The notes under the pieces: model-generated
Told to the model about the DNA's origin: nothing
Database searches by the model: none
The model's input: only the letters and a program-made list of their open reading frames with translations
Part shown: positions 17,867-27,683 of the stretch, in pieces
Layout of the letters: the number at the start of each line of letters is the position of its first letter
Numbering within the stretch: the first letter of the stretch is position 1
Program-made: the position numbers and the translations under genes
Assembly: GCA_902385635.1 (NCBI GenBank)
Contig: CABMGN010000008.1
Coordinates: 197,147-261,146, forward strand
Direction of reading: 5' to 3'
Length of the DNA stretch: 64,000 bases
Source of the DNA: an uncultured archaeon
GTDB taxonomy: Archaea > Nanobdellota > Nanobdellia > Pacearchaeales > GW2011-AR1

Positions 17867-19080
17867 TTTCTAAAAGCATCTACAACTTTTAATTTACTTG
17901 CTTGTAATGACGGTAAAAGCCCGCAGATAATCCCAATGGTAAACGAAAATGCAATAGCCCCTAGTAATAAAACATAGTCTACACTAACTTTCAGTTGTAA
18001 TCCCCCTAAAAAATTCCCCGCAAGAGCCGAAATTCCCAATGCAAGGCTTAAACCAAGAAGAGCTCCGATTACTCCTCCAACTAACCCTAAAAGGCCGGAT
18101 TCAACTAGAAAGACACCAAGAATATCTTTATTCTTAGCCCCAATGGCCTTCATAACCCCAATTTCTTTAGTTCTTTCAACAACAGAAGCATACATTATAT
18201 TAGCAATTCCGATTCCTCCAACAATTAAGCTAATTGATGCAATACCTGCGATGATAATATTCACTATAGTGAGTATTGTATTTATTGATTCTAAACTTTT
18301 AACCGGCGTCTGAACAGAAAAGTCTTCTTCACCTATTTTTTCTCCTCGATCTTTTCGGAGTTTATCTTCTATACTTTTTCCAATTTCCTCAATGTTATCT
18401 TGATTGTTTACCTGTGCAATAATCATATCCCACTCATCAATAATATTCAAGCTTTGTTTCATATCTTTTTCACTCATAAACACAACTTGATTTATTGTAA
18501 AACTACTTCCTTTTTTTAATATCCCAACTACTTCATATGTCTCCCCCTGGATTTTTACTGATCTTCCTACGCTTATGGTTTTTCCGAAGACGTCCTCCTT
18601 TACAAGATCACTCCCAAGAACAACCTTTCCTTTTTCTCCAGGTTTTAAAAATCTTCCAGACTCTAACTCAACATTCAAATTCTGAAACATTAGGGCTACT
18701 TTTTTAGAGTCTTCTGGAACATTTGTAGCATAACTGAATTGTGCAGCATCGTTATATTCCAGTTTAATAACTCTAATCAGTCTAGGAATCGTGAGCTTTA
18801 CTCCTTGCGTACTCTCAATTACTTTAACATCGTGATCATTCAGTTTAACAACAGTAGTAGCTCCCGGGGGGCCTAAGCCTGTTCCGGAATTTTGTATTGT
18901 TAAAACATCTGGGCTCAGGCTGGAGAATTGGCCAGTAACTGCTTCTTTAAGACCCGCCCCAAGAGAAATAAGACTAACAACTGCGGCAATACCAATAATT
19001 ACACCGAGGATAGTCAACCAACTTCTCAAACCTCGGTGTTTAAGATTTTTAAAAGCAAGAGTGAAATAATCAGAAATCAT
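17863..19080 (-). CDS. ABC transporter permease, FtsX/MacB family (tandem paralog)
   Basis: Same architecture; ERTKEIGVMKAIGAKNKDI; start overlaps the upstream gene. Confidence 0.8.
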   Translation of the reverse strand: MISDYFTLAFKNLKHRGLRSWLTILGVIIGIAAVVSLISLGAGLKEAVTGQFSSLSPDVLTIQNSGTGLGPPGATTVVKLNDHDVKVIESTQGVKLTIPRLIRVIKLEYNDAAQFSYATNVPEDSKKVALMFQNLNVELESGRFLKPGEKGKVVLGSDLVKEDVFGKTISVGRSVKIQGETYEVVGILKKGSSFTINQVVFMSEKDMKQSLNIIDEWDMIIAQVNNQDNIEEIGKSIEDKLRKDRGEKIGEEDFSVQTPVKSLESINTILTIVNIIIAGIASISLIVGGIGIANIMYASVVERTKEIGVMKAIGAKNKDILGVFLVESGLLGLVGGVIGALLGLSLALGISALAGNFLGGLQLKVSVDYVLLLGAIAFSFTIGIICGLLPSLQASKLKVVDAFRK

Positions 19081-19093
19081 AGGAGCTTACCCC

Positions 19094-19960
19094 CTACCTT
19101 AAGCCATTCTTTTTTTTAGCTTTTTTTACTCTTTTATAAATTATGTAAATAATTATTAATACAATAATTATTGTAACGTAAACCCAAGTATAATTTTTTT
19201 GAACAAGACCAAGTTCCAAGGCTCTTTCTGGAGTATAGGCTTTAATTGGAAGTACAACTGTTTCTGTTTGAGCATTATTCTCAGAATCCTTGTATGTTAT
19301 TTCCGCAGTTACTTGGGCATTTTCGGATTTATATACTACATCAAATGTAGCTGTTCCAGAATCGTCAGACCTAACTGTTCCGATATACTGGTTATCTAAA
19401 CCAATAAGTTCTACCCCATTTTCCGAGAGAATTCTTACAGAAGCAAAGCCAATATCCCCCAGTCCCTTATTTGTTATTTGTACCGTAGCTTTTCCTTTTT
19501 GGCCGATTATATTATTCTCAGTAAGAATATCGTACTGCAGTTCTGTCTGGGCTATAACCGTAATCCCGAAGGTGCCGGTTTTAATAGAAGGGATGAGAGT
19601 ACCATTAAGTCCTTCTAAGTAATAAGTAAGAGTATAGGGTATATTATAATCTCCAGTTTTTGTATTTGGTGCTGCTTTTAATATAAATTTAAAGTTTTCT
19701 TCATCTTCATTATCTATATGGTCGACACTTTTTTCTGAGCTTCCCTCTGTGGAAAAACCAGTGTTCGCAAGATTTAAGGAGATAGAAACATCTTGAGCAT
19801 CAACGGATAATGTATTCTCAACCTTCATACTCACTTGCCCACTTTGCCCCGGATAGATTTTATCCGAAGTAACAGAGTTGACTACCATCGCTGAGGCTAT
19901 ATTTAATCCTAAAAGAATTATTGCTGCAAAACTTAAGATAACTAAGCTATTTTTGTTCAT
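19094..19960 (-). CDS. cell-surface protein (signal peptide + C-terminal TM anchor) of the ABC operon
   Basis: N-terminal hydrophobic signal; Thr/Ser/Asn-rich beta-type sequence; C-terminal TM plus basic tail YVTIIIVLIIIYIIYKRVKKAKKK. Confidence 0.45.
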   Translation of the reverse strand: MNKNSLVILSFAAIILLGLNIASAMVVNSVTSDKIYPGQSGQVSMKVENTLSVDAQDVSISLNLANTGFSTEGSSEKSVDHIDNEDEENFKFILKAAPNTKTGDYNIPYTLTYYLEGLNGTLIPSIKTGTFGITVIAQTELQYDILTENNIIGQKGKATVQITNKGLGDIGFASVRILSENGVELIGLDNQYIGTVRSDDSGTATFDVVYKSENAQVTAEITYKDSENNAQTETVVLPIKAYTPERALELGLVQKNYTWVYVTIIIVLIIIYIIYKRVKKAKKKNGLR

Positions 19961-20025
19961 TGTATTTTTCTCATAAATAAATACTTTATAAGTTTTGTGA
20001 TAGTAACCTCTGAGAAATTACTACA

Positions 20026-20766
20026 CTACCCTCTTCTACAGGTATTTTGTTTAATTTTCGCCCATTTATTTTTTACTTTTCTTTCTACTGATTCAACTTT
20101 TCCATCCCTTATTGAATAAATTGTTCTCGCGTGTTCTTTAGCAAGATCCGGGTCATGGGTAACCATAATAATTGTTTTTCCTTTCTTGTTTAATTCCCCT
20201 AAAAATACCATTATTTTCTCTCCAGATTTTGTATCTAGATTTCCGGTTGGTTCGTCAGCTAGAATAACTTCTGGGTCATTTGCAAGGGCTCTAGCAATTG
20301 CCACTCTTTGTTGTTGTCCCCCCGAGAGCTGATTCGGATAATGTTCTTTTCTGTCTTTTAGTTCAACTATTGCTAAAAGTTCTTCAGCTTTTCTAAGGCG
20401 GTCTTCTTCGTCTTCTCCCTGAAATAACATTGGAAGAGCTACATTTTCTAGCGCAGTTAGATTTGGAACAAGATTGAACTGCTGAAAGATAAAACCAATC
20501 TTTTTCCCTCTTAGTTGAGCAAGTTCGGATTCCGTTAGATTCTCAATATCCTCATTTTCTAAATAAATTTCTCCTTCTGTTGCAAGGTCTAAACTTCCAA
20601 TAAGATTCATCCCAGTAGATTTTCCCGACCCGGACGGGCCCATTATTGCAACAAAATCACCTTTCTCTATAACAATATTAACACAGTCTAGAGCTTTGAC
20701 TAAGTTTTCTCCCATCTCATAATGTTTAGCTACATTACGAAGCTCAATTATGTTTTTATTTGACAT
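20026..20766 (-). CDS. ABC transporter ATP-binding protein (MacB/LolD-like)
   Basis: Walker [10 protein letters not shown], signature [15 protein letters not shown], Walker [12 protein letters not shown]. Confidence 0.9.
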   Translation of the reverse strand: MSNKNIIELRNVAKHYEMGENLVKALDCVNIVIEKGDFVAIMGPSGSGKSTGMNLIGSLDLATEGEIYLENEDIENLTESELAQLRGKKIGFIFQQFNLVPNLTALENVALPMLFQGEDEEDRLRKAEELLAIVELKDRKEHYPNQLSGGQQQRVAIARALANDPEVILADEPTGNLDTKSGEKIMVFLGELNKKGKTIIMVTHDPDLAKEHARTIYSIRDGKVESVERKVKNKWAKIKQNTCRRG

Positions 20767-20858
20767 TTTAACTCTAGAATCCTGAGGCGATTCCTAACCA
20801 TCACCTCTCTTTCTTACAAAATCGCAATCTTTAAAAACTATTCGGAAGGAGTAATATT

Positions 20859-21056
20859 ATGATAATTCCGGTAAGATGCTTTTCTTGTGGTAAACCAATT
20901 GGTCACCTTTGGGAAGAATACAAAAAACGTGTTTCTGAGGGAGAATCCCAGAAGAAAGTTCTAGACGAACTTGGCTTAGAAAGATTCTGTTGTAGATCTG
21001 TTTTCCTTGGTCAGACAGATATGGTCGAACTTATTTCTAAGTTTAAAAAAGCCTAA
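20859..21056 (+). CDS. rpoN: DNA-directed RNA polymerase subunit N (Rpo10)
   Basis: MIIPVRCFSCGKPIGHLWEEY...LDELGLERFCCRSVFL (canonical Rpb10 motif). Confidence 0.85.
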   Translation: MIIPVRCFSCGKPIGHLWEEYKKRVSEGESQKKVLDELGLERFCCRSVFLGQTDMVELISKFKKA

Positions 21057-21457
21057 AATACCTTTTCTAACCTAACCTGATCTGGTTTTAAGAAGCTTTT
21101 TTCCCTTAGCTCTTCTATTTTTTCTTTTGGTAGAATCTTAAACCCAATCTTTTTATGGGCTTTTATTGAAGCAAGATTATTCTTCTGTATTGTTGCATAA
21201 AGTTTCCTTAGCTTACACCTTTTTACTAACTTCATTTCAGCTTCTTCAACAAGGCCCTTTCCCCTAAATTCCTTTAATAACACAATCTGAACAAACCCGT
21301 CCTCTTTAGTGTTCTTAACTGGCGTAAAGCCAACAACACCTATTTTTCTAGTGTTAAAAAACAGGGTATAATATTTTCCTTCTTTAACAAAATAAATTTC
21401 TTCCTTTTCTGGAAGGGATTCGTAAAACTTTTTATCAAACCTACTTAATTTTATCAT
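21053..21457 (-). CDS. GNAT family N-acetyltransferase
   Basis: 134 aa; FRGKGLVEEA CoA-binding-type motif. Confidence 0.5.
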   Translation of the reverse strand: MIKLSRFDKKFYESLPEKEEIYFVKEGKYYTLFFNTRKIGVVGFTPVKNTKEDGFVQIVLLKEFRGKGLVEEAEMKLVKRCKLRKLYATIQKNNLASIKAHKKIGFKILPKEKIEELREKSFLKPDQVRLEKVF

Positions 21458-22217
21458 TGTTAAAAAATTTAACTATCTCTCTAAAAGATTTTAGTTTATG
21501 TCTTAGTTTTGAGAATTTATGGTCTGCTCCTTTTATTATCATCAACTTTTTTGGTTCATTTGCTGCGTCATAAATTTCTTTAGCATTTTCTATCGGGACC
21601 GTTGTATCCTTACTCCCATGAAGAATAAGAATTGGCTTCTTGAGTTTGTGTAAAGAATTCTTGACGTTTAGTTTGAAAAATTCTTCGTAAAACCCCCTCT
21701 TTAACCTTTTATTATGGTACCAGCTTCCAGGCCTTGAATATACAATAAATCCCTTTTCCTTAAATTCTTTTATTTGGTTTTTATTAAAATCGTAATTTAT
21801 ACATTTGACTAAATCCGCAACCCCTCCAGATAAAACTATTCTGTCTATTCTTTTATCCTTCCAAGCATAAAGTGAGAGGTCTATAGCTCCAGTAGAGAAC
21901 CCAATTAAATATAATTTTTTGAATTTGTAATTACTACTGAGAAAATCTACCGAGGACTTAATTTCCTTAACTTCTTTACTCATCAATTTATCTTCAAAAT
22001 TCCCTTCTGAGAGTCTTGTGCCCGAGAAATCAAATCTTAAGGTTAGGAATCCGGCAAATTTCAACCAGCGTGCTAGGGTTTTTAGGCTTTTGCAATTTCC
22101 TGGAAACCCATGTAAAAGGATCACGGCACCTTTAATCTTTCTGGGTTCATGAACGAACCCCCTTAAAATTTCATTTCTAAAATTTTTAAATTCAACTTTT
22201 CTCATTCCATTCTCCAC
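21441..22217 (-). CDS. alpha/beta hydrolase fold esterase
   Basis: ILLHGFPGN; nucleophile elbow GFSTGA (GxSxG); LILHGSKDTTVP. Confidence 0.7.
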   Translation of the reverse strand: MENGMRKVEFKNFRNEILRGFVHEPRKIKGAVILLHGFPGNCKSLKTLARWLKFAGFLTLRFDFSGTRLSEGNFEDKLMSKEVKEIKSSVDFLSSNYKFKKLYLIGFSTGAIDLSLYAWKDKRIDRIVLSGGVADLVKCINYDFNKNQIKEFKEKGFIVYSRPGSWYHNKRLKRGFYEEFFKLNVKNSLHKLKKPILILHGSKDTTVPIENAKEIYDAANEPKKLMIIKGADHKFSKLRHKLKSFREIVKFFNNDKIK

Positions 22218-22465
22218 CGGCTTACTTTTTTACAATTCAAGCATTCAACCGATTTTACCTTATTTTTTATTCTAACATTCTCTTTGCCTGAGAAAGGATT
22301 AAAACAATATTTACAAAATTTCTTCCTTTCTGTCTTAAGGGAAATTTTTTTATTTGCAGCCAATCTTTTTATTTTCTTAATTTCCTTAGAAGATTTATCC
22401 TTGGGGTTCAAGAAAAAAGTTTCTATTTCTTGCTGAGCCTCTTTTTTTGATAAGTCAGATTTCAT
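22202..22465 (-). CDS. RNase P protein subunit Rpp21/Rpr2 (RNP4)
   Basis: C-terminal zinc ribbon FCKYCFNPFSGKENVRIK...CLNCKKVSRW; basic N-terminus. Confidence 0.7.
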   Translation of the reverse strand: MKSDLSKKEAQQEIETFFLNPKDKSSKEIKKIKRLAANKKISLKTERKKFCKYCFNPFSGKENVRIKNKVKSVECLNCKKVSRWRME

Positions 22466-22500
22466 AATATTACAAAGAATTCATTGTTTAAAAGATTAAA

Positions 22501-22615
<115 letters not shown>

Positions 22616-22644
22616 GCCGTCTTCAAATTTCAGACATTTAAGCT

Positions 22645-22654
22645 ATTTTTAAAA
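22645..22654 (-). promoter_or_regulatory. TATA-like box upstream of 5S rRNA
   Basis: Minus-strand GTTTTAAAAATAG about 28-40 nt upstream of the 5S 5' end. Confidence 0.35.
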
Positions 22655-22662
22655 CTTTCGAA

Positions 22663-22746
22663 TGCGGGAAAGAGGATTCGAACCCCTGCAGACACTAAGC
22701 CACGTGATCCTTAGTCACGCCCGTTTGACCGCTCCGGCATTCCCGC
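22663..22746 (-). tRNA. tRNA-Leu (anticodon loop CTAAGGA, anticodon read as AAG), class II
   Basis: Reverse complement GCGGGAA-TG-CCG/GAGCGGTCAAA/CGG-G-CGTGA[CTAAGGA]TCACG-long arm-GGGGT[TCGAATC]CTCTT-TTCCCGC-A. Acceptor, D and T arms almost identical to the 12818-12901 tRNA; only the anticodon stem-loop differs. Confidence 0.7.
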
Positions 22747-22770
22747 TTAACTAAAATGAAGATTTATTTT

Positions 22771-22780
22771 CTTATATAAA
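22771..22780 (-). promoter_or_regulatory. TATA box (TTTATATAAG) ~25 nt upstream of the tRNA-Leu 5' end; possibly shared with the divergent NUDIX gene
   Basis: Plus strand cttatataaa at 22771-22780; archaeal TATA consensus at canonical spacing. Confidence 0.45.
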
Positions 22781-22793
22781 TCTTTAAGTATTT

Positions 22794-23294
22794 ATGATAA
22801 TTAATCTTCCTATGAGGGATGCTACACTCTGTTTAATTATACAAAACGGGAAGATTCTCTTGGGTAAAAAAAAGAGGGGGTTTGGAGAAGGTAAGTATAA
22901 TGGGTACGGTGGAAAGGTGCAAGAGGACGAAACAGTTCTTGATTCTTTACTTCGAGAGGTCCAGGAAGAGTTAGGAGTAATTCTTTTCCCAAATAAATTA
23001 ATAAAAATGGCAGAAATAGAATTTATTTTTCCGGATTCAAAAAAAGACTGGGACCAGAGGGTTCATATTTATCTTGCTTCAGAGTATGAAGGGGTTCCAG
23101 AAGAATCAGAAGAGATGACTGTTGAAGAATTCGATCTTAGCAATATTCCTTACTCTTCAATGTGGGAAACAGACTCTCACTGGTTGCCAATAGTTTTGGG
23201 CGGGACTAAATTTAGGGGAAAAATTTTGTTTGAAGAAGATTGCTCTACAACAAAAGCATTTACTTATGATCCATTACCTGATTTTAATAGATAA
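22794..23294 (+). CDS. NUDIX hydrolase (MutT-like)
   Basis: Nudix box GGKVQEDETVLDSLLREVQEELGV (Gx5Ex7REUxEExGU). Confidence 0.8.
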   Translation: MIINLPMRDATLCLIIQNGKILLGKKKRGFGEGKYNGYGGKVQEDETVLDSLLREVQEELGVILFPNKLIKMAEIEFIFPDSKKDWDQRVHIYLASEYEGVPEESEEMTVEEFDLSNIPYSSMWETDSHWLPIVLGGTKFRGKILFEEDCSTTKAFTYDPLPDFNR

Positions 23295-23326
23295 ATTAAT
23301 AATCTTCTTTTCTTCGATTATCTTGT

Positions 23327-23401
23327 GCGCCCGTAGCTCAGCCTGGATAGAGCAGTGGGGTCCTAACCCAAAGGTCGTAGGTTCAAATCCTATCGGGCGC
23401 G
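23327..23401 (+). tRNA. tRNA-Arg (anticodon CCU)
   Basis: GCGCCCG/CGGGCGC 7-bp acceptor; D-arm GCTC..GAGC; anticodon arm GTGGG[GTCCTAA]CCCAA; T-arm GTAGG[TTCAAAT]CCTAT; discriminator G. Confidence 0.7.
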
Positions 23402-23448
23402 TTTGTCTAGAAAACTTTATTAAACGATTTTTCACTATGTTTAAATAG

Positions 23449-23519
23449 GCGCTGGTGGTTTAACGGTAGAATGTCTGCCTTCCAAGCAGATTGCCCGGGT
23501 TCGACTCCCGGCCGGCGCA
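23449..23519 (+). tRNA. tRNA-Gly (anticodon UCC)
   Basis: Acceptor GCGCTGG/CCGGCGC; anticodon arm TCTGC[CTTCCAA]GCAGA; T-arm CCGGG[TTCGACT]CCCGG; discriminator A. Confidence 0.75.
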
Positions 23520-23527
23520 TACCTAAT

Positions 23528-24457
23528 ATGTCAGAAGAAAATCACGAACAGGCAAAAGAAGAAAAGAAAAAAAAGGAATTTTTCAAAAATTTTAATTATG
23601 ATAAGAGATATAAGCTTATGCTTTTCATACCTATAATTCTTGTGGTCATATCTTTGGCCTATTTAGGTTATACCTTTTATACAACCGGCGATGTCATCCA
23701 CAAAGATGTTAGCCTTTCTGGTGGAACTTCTATAACGCTTCACGGAGATCAATTTGACTATAATGCCCTAGAATCTGCTCTTAAAACCAAATATGGAGAT
23801 ATCTCCTTTAGAAGATTATCTGATTTATCCTCCGGTAAACAAATAGCTTTTATTATTGAAAGTTCTGCTCAACCAGACGATTTGAAGGCAGAGATAGAAG
23901 CTCTTTCCGGGCAAAAATTAAACTCAGACAATTCTAGTATAGAGTTCTCTGGCCCAACACTAAGCCAAAATTTTTATAAACAGTTAGTTATCGCCCTAAT
24001 AATCTCTTTCATTCTTATGTCAATAGTCATTTTCTTCCTTTTCAGAACATTTGTTCCAAGCATTGCAGTTATCTTTGCAGCATTCGCAGATATAGTTATG
24101 CCCCTTGCCTTAATTGATTTCTTAGGAATAAAGATTTCAACAGCAGGGATTGCTGCTTTCTTGATGTTGATTGGTTACTCGGTTGATACGGACATTCTTC
24201 TTACAACAAGAGCTCTTAAAAAAACAGAAGGAACCCTAAACCACAGAATATTTGGTGCATTTAGAACAGGTTCTTTCATGTCCTTCACTGCTCTTTTTGC
24301 AGTACTTCCTGCCTTCTTTATTATTACGGGTCTTCCAGATTCATTTAGACAAATTTTCTTCATTCTTGCCTTAGGTTTAATCGCGGATATAATCAATACC
24401 TGGTTAACAAACGCCAGTATAATTAAATGGTACTGCGACAAAAAAGGAATAAAATGA
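23528..24457 (+). CDS. secF: protein-export membrane protein SecF
   Basis: Start re-chosen at MSEENHEQ (the track ORF start overlaps tRNA-Gly). DVSLSGGTSITL plus a C-terminal 5-TM bundle typical of SecF. Confidence 0.75.
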   Translation: MSEENHEQAKEEKKKKEFFKNFNYDKRYKLMLFIPIILVVISLAYLGYTFYTTGDVIHKDVSLSGGTSITLHGDQFDYNALESALKTKYGDISFRRLSDLSSGKQIAFIIESSAQPDDLKAEIEALSGQKLNSDNSSIEFSGPTLSQNFYKQLVIALIISFILMSIVIFFLFRTFVPSIAVIFAAFADIVMPLALIDFLGIKISTAGIAAFLMLIGYSVDTDILLTTRALKKTEGTLNHRIFGAFRTGSFMSFTALFAVLPAFFIITGLPDSFRQIFFILALGLIADIINTWLTNASIIKWYCDKKGIK

Positions 24458-26106
24458 AACTAACTTGGAGAATCTGGATTTTAGTTCTTGCCTTAGCTTT
24501 TGCTTCAATATCTGTCCTTAATCTTCCGGTTATGTATAATACTCTTGTTGGCTTGTTAATAATCTCTATCCTTGTTACTCTATCTTACTCAAAATCAAAA
24601 AAATTAACAATTATTTTATTAGTCCTTACTGGGCTTATTATTCTGGCAATACTCTTCTTTGGATTTCAGAAAGGAGTAGTAATTACTTCTGTCCCAGGAG
24701 ATTCTGTTTCCTTTACAGAGGGACTTAGAAAGGGAATGATTATAACTTCAATTAACGGAAATTCTATCTCTAATATTGAAGACTACTCTAAAATAATTAG
24801 TCTGGTGGCCTTTGAAAATAAAACTAAAATGGAAATTCAGACAACTCAGACAAAATTAGTTTTCTTGACAAATGAGTCATTAAGAATAACAGTCTCAAAC
24901 ATTCCTCGAACAAACCTTCAAACAGGATTAGACCTAAGTGGCGGGGCTCGTGCAATAGTTAAACCCGCGAATGTTACTTTATCTTCATCAGAAATGGCTG
25001 ATCTTATCGCAGTCATGTCAAATAGACTTAATACTTTTGGTATCAGCGACGTTAATGTGCGAAGTGTAAGCGACCTTTCTGGAAATAGCTATATCCTTGT
25101 AGAGGTCGCAGGAATAACAACAGATGATTTAAAAGAATTAGTTGGACAACAAGGAAAGTTTGAAGCTAAAATTGGGAATGATACTGTTTTTGTTGGGGGA
25201 GAAAGAGATATAACTTCTGTATGTAGGAATGATGCTACTTGTGCAGGAATAGACTCTTGCCAACCAGATTCAAGCGGAACAGGAGGATATTTCTGTAATT
25301 TTAAATTTAGTATATATTTAAGTGATAGCGCAGCAAAAAGACAAGCAGAAGCGACAAAGACACTTCCCTTAGATCCAGCAAATCCTAAGTATCTATCCAA
25401 GAAGCTCGACCTTGTTTTAGATGATAAACTTGTAGACTCTTTATACATTGGAGCAGATTTAAAAGGGAGTATAACAACCCAAGTTCAAATTTCTGGTTCT
25501 GGTTCTGGTACAACACAAGAAGATGCATATAACGCAGCCAAAGATTCTATGCATAAGTTACAAACAATTTTAATCACAGGAAGTCTTCCGTATAAGTTAG
25601 AAATAGTAAAACTTGACTCAGCTTCCCCAGTTCTTGGAAAGGAGTTTACTAAGAATATAATTTATCTTGGTTTAATCGTTTTCTTAATTGTCTCGATAAT
25701 GATCTTCTTAAAATATAGAAGATTGAAGATAACTTTATCTGTAATTCTCACAATGTTTGCCGAAGCGTTGATTACTCTAGGAATAGCTGCACTCATAAAA
25801 TGGAATCTAGATGCTCCATCTATTGCCGGACTTATCGCTGGTATAGGTACCGGGGTAGACGACCAGATAGTAATCATTGATGAATCTGTTTCAGAAGAAA
25901 CATCTAGTTTAAAAGATAAAATCAAAAGAGCACTATTCATAATTGTTGGGGCTTTTTTTGTAACTATCTTCGCAATGCTTCCTCTATTCTGGGCCGGAGC
26001 AGGTCTCTTAAGAGGCTTTGCTTTAACAACAATCTTGGGTGTTAGTGTTGGAATTTTAATAACAAGACCTGCATTCGCAGATATTCTGAAGAAACTTCAA
26101 GAATAA
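24454..26106 (+). CDS. secD: protein-export membrane protein SecD
   Basis: Start re-chosen at MKLTWRIW. GLDLSGGARAIVKP; large periplasmic-type domain with a 4-Cys insert; C-terminal 6-TM domain (GTGVDDQIVI). Confidence 0.8.
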   Translation: MKLTWRIWILVLALAFASISVLNLPVMYNTLVGLLIISILVTLSYSKSKKLTIILLVLTGLIILAILFFGFQKGVVITSVPGDSVSFTEGLRKGMIITSINGNSISNIEDYSKIISLVAFENKTKMEIQTTQTKLVFLTNESLRITVSNIPRTNLQTGLDLSGGARAIVKPANVTLSSSEMADLIAVMSNRLNTFGISDVNVRSVSDLSGNSYILVEVAGITTDDLKELVGQQGKFEAKIGNDTVFVGGERDITSVCRNDATCAGIDSCQPDSSGTGGYFCNFKFSIYLSDSAAKRQAEATKTLPLDPANPKYLSKKLDLVLDDKLVDSLYIGADLKGSITTQVQISGSGSGTTQEDAYNAAKDSMHKLQTILITGSLPYKLEIVKLDSASPVLGKEFTKNIIYLGLIVFLIVSIMIFLKYRRLKITLSVILTMFAEALITLGIAALIKWNLDAPSIAGLIAGIGTGVDDQIVIIDESVSEETSSLKDKIKRALFIIVGAFFVTIFAMLPLFWAGAGLLRGFALTTILGVSVGILITRPAFADILKKLQE

Positions 26107-26107
26107 A

Positions 26108-26563
26108 ATGTATCCTAAAACCCATATACTCTTTGGACTAATTTTTTGTGTAATTCTTTTTGTCTTCTTTCCCAATATATCTTTACTCGGCCTTCTATGT
26201 CTCTTTTTATCGGCAGTTTTAATTGATGTAGATCATTATATTTATTTCATTTTTAAAAAGAAAAACTTAAGTTTGAATAAATCTTATATCTGGTTTAAAG
26301 AGTTAAAAGAGTACGGGCTAAAACATAAGCGAGAAATTTACCTGTACAAGTGGCCTAATTACACTTTTCATAATGTAGAATTTCTTCTAGTGGTACTCGT
26401 ACTTTATTTTATCTGGCCTTTTTTTGGATTTTTATTTATTGGTCTTCTTTTACACTTCTTTTTAGACTTTTTAGATGATTTGTCTACTGGACTTCCAATA
26501 ACCATGAAACTTTCCTTAGTCTACCTTTTAATCCGGAACAAGAACAAAAAGACTTTCAATTAG
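26108..26563 (+). CDS. membrane protein, possibly YdjM/DUF457-type metal-dependent membrane hydrolase
   Basis: 4 TM helices; conserved LIDVDHYIY and FFLDFLDD-like His/Asp motifs. Confidence 0.3.
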   Translation: MYPKTHILFGLIFCVILFVFFPNISLLGLLCLFLSAVLIDVDHYIYFIFKKKNLSLNKSYIWFKELKEYGLKHKREIYLYKWPNYTFHNVEFLLVVLVLYFIWPFFGFLFIGLLLHFFLDFLDDLSTGLPITMKLSLVYLLIRNKNKKTFN

Positions 26564-26612
26564 ACGACGAAAAAGATAATAATCTTTAAAAATACTTAAA
26601 TTATCTAGACCT

Positions 26613-27683
26613 ATGAATAAAAGAGTGTTAGTTACCGGTGCAGGAGGTTTGATTGGTTCTGAAGCATGCAAGTTTTATCTAAATAAGGGTTATGAAGTTT
26701 TAGGCATAGATAACAATTTACGAAAGTATTTTTTTGGAGAAGGGGGAGATACATCCAAAAATATCGCTTCTACTCTTAAGAATTACCCTTCTTTTGTAAA
26801 CTATGCTCTTGATATCCGGGAAAGACCTGCTGTTCTAGATTTTTTTAAAAAAAATGGGCCATTTGACTTAGTTATTCATACTGCAGCACAACCTTCTCAT
26901 GACTGGGCCGCAAAAGAACCCTTTACTGATTTTGATGTAAATGCAAACGGGACTTTTAATATGTTAGAAGCTTTTAGGTTATATTCTCCAAAAGGGGTTT
27001 TTATTTTTACTTCAACTAACAAAGTTTATGGAGATAATCCAAACAAAGTAGCTTTGGTTGAAACAGAGACGAGGTATGATTACGCTTTAGATCAAAAAAT
27101 TTCAGGAGTTTCTCAAAACGGTATAGACGAGGAAATGAGTTTAGATCATTGCAAACATAGCATCTTTGGCGCAAGTAAAGTTGCAGCAGATGTTATGGCT
27201 CAAGAATACGGAAAATATTTTGGTTTAAATGTTGGGGTATTTAGGGGAGGTTGTTTGACTGGCCCCCAACATTCGGCAGTAGCACTTCACGGATTTTTAG
27301 CTTATATTGTTGATTGTGCAGTAAATAAAACCCAGTATACTATAATCGGTTACAAAGGAAAACAAGTAAGAGACCAGATACATAGTTCAGATGTAATTTT
27401 TGCTTTTGATGAATTTTTTAAGAATCCAAAACAGGGAGAAGCTTACAATCTTGGGGGGACAAAAGAAAATTCTGCTTCAATCCTTGAAGTAATAAAAATT
27501 TTAAAAGAAGAATTTAATCTGGAATTAGACTGGAATTATAAAGATCAACCGAGAATAGGGGACCATATATGCTATTATACTGATATGTCTAAGTTTAAGG
27601 AACACTACCCTAATTGGAAATTAACCAAAAACTTAAGAGACATAATTAAGGAAATAATTGAATCAAAAAGAGAACAAAAATGA
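26613..27683 (+). CDS. NAD-dependent sugar epimerase (CDP-paratose 2-epimerase/RfbE-like SDR)
   Basis: [10 protein letters not shown] Rossmann motif; [16 protein letters not shown]; STNKVYGD. Confidence 0.7.
   Translation: MNKRVLVTGAGGLIGSEACKFYLNKGYEVLGIDNNLRKYFFGEGGDTSKNIASTLKNYPSFVNYALDIRERPAVLDFFKKNGPFDLVIHTAAQPSHDWAAKEPFTDFDVNANGTFNMLEAFRLYSPKGVFIFTSTNKVYGDNPNKVALVETETRYDYALDQKISGVSQNGIDEEMSLDHCKHSIFGASKVAADVMAQEYGKYFGLNVGVFRGGCLTGPQHSAVALHGFLAYIVDCAVNKTQYTIIGYKGKQVRDQIHSSDVIFAFDEFFKNPKQGEAYNLGGTKENSASILEVIKILKEEFNLELDWNYKDQPRIGDHICYYTDMSKFKEHYPNWKLTKNLRDIIKEIIESKREQK

Noticed and set aside
20767-20858. Searched junction sequences at 11540-11620 and 20767-20860 for inverted repeats supporting the proposed inversion
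   Set aside because: No obvious inverted repeat was found by eye, so the inversion remains inferred from gene order only.
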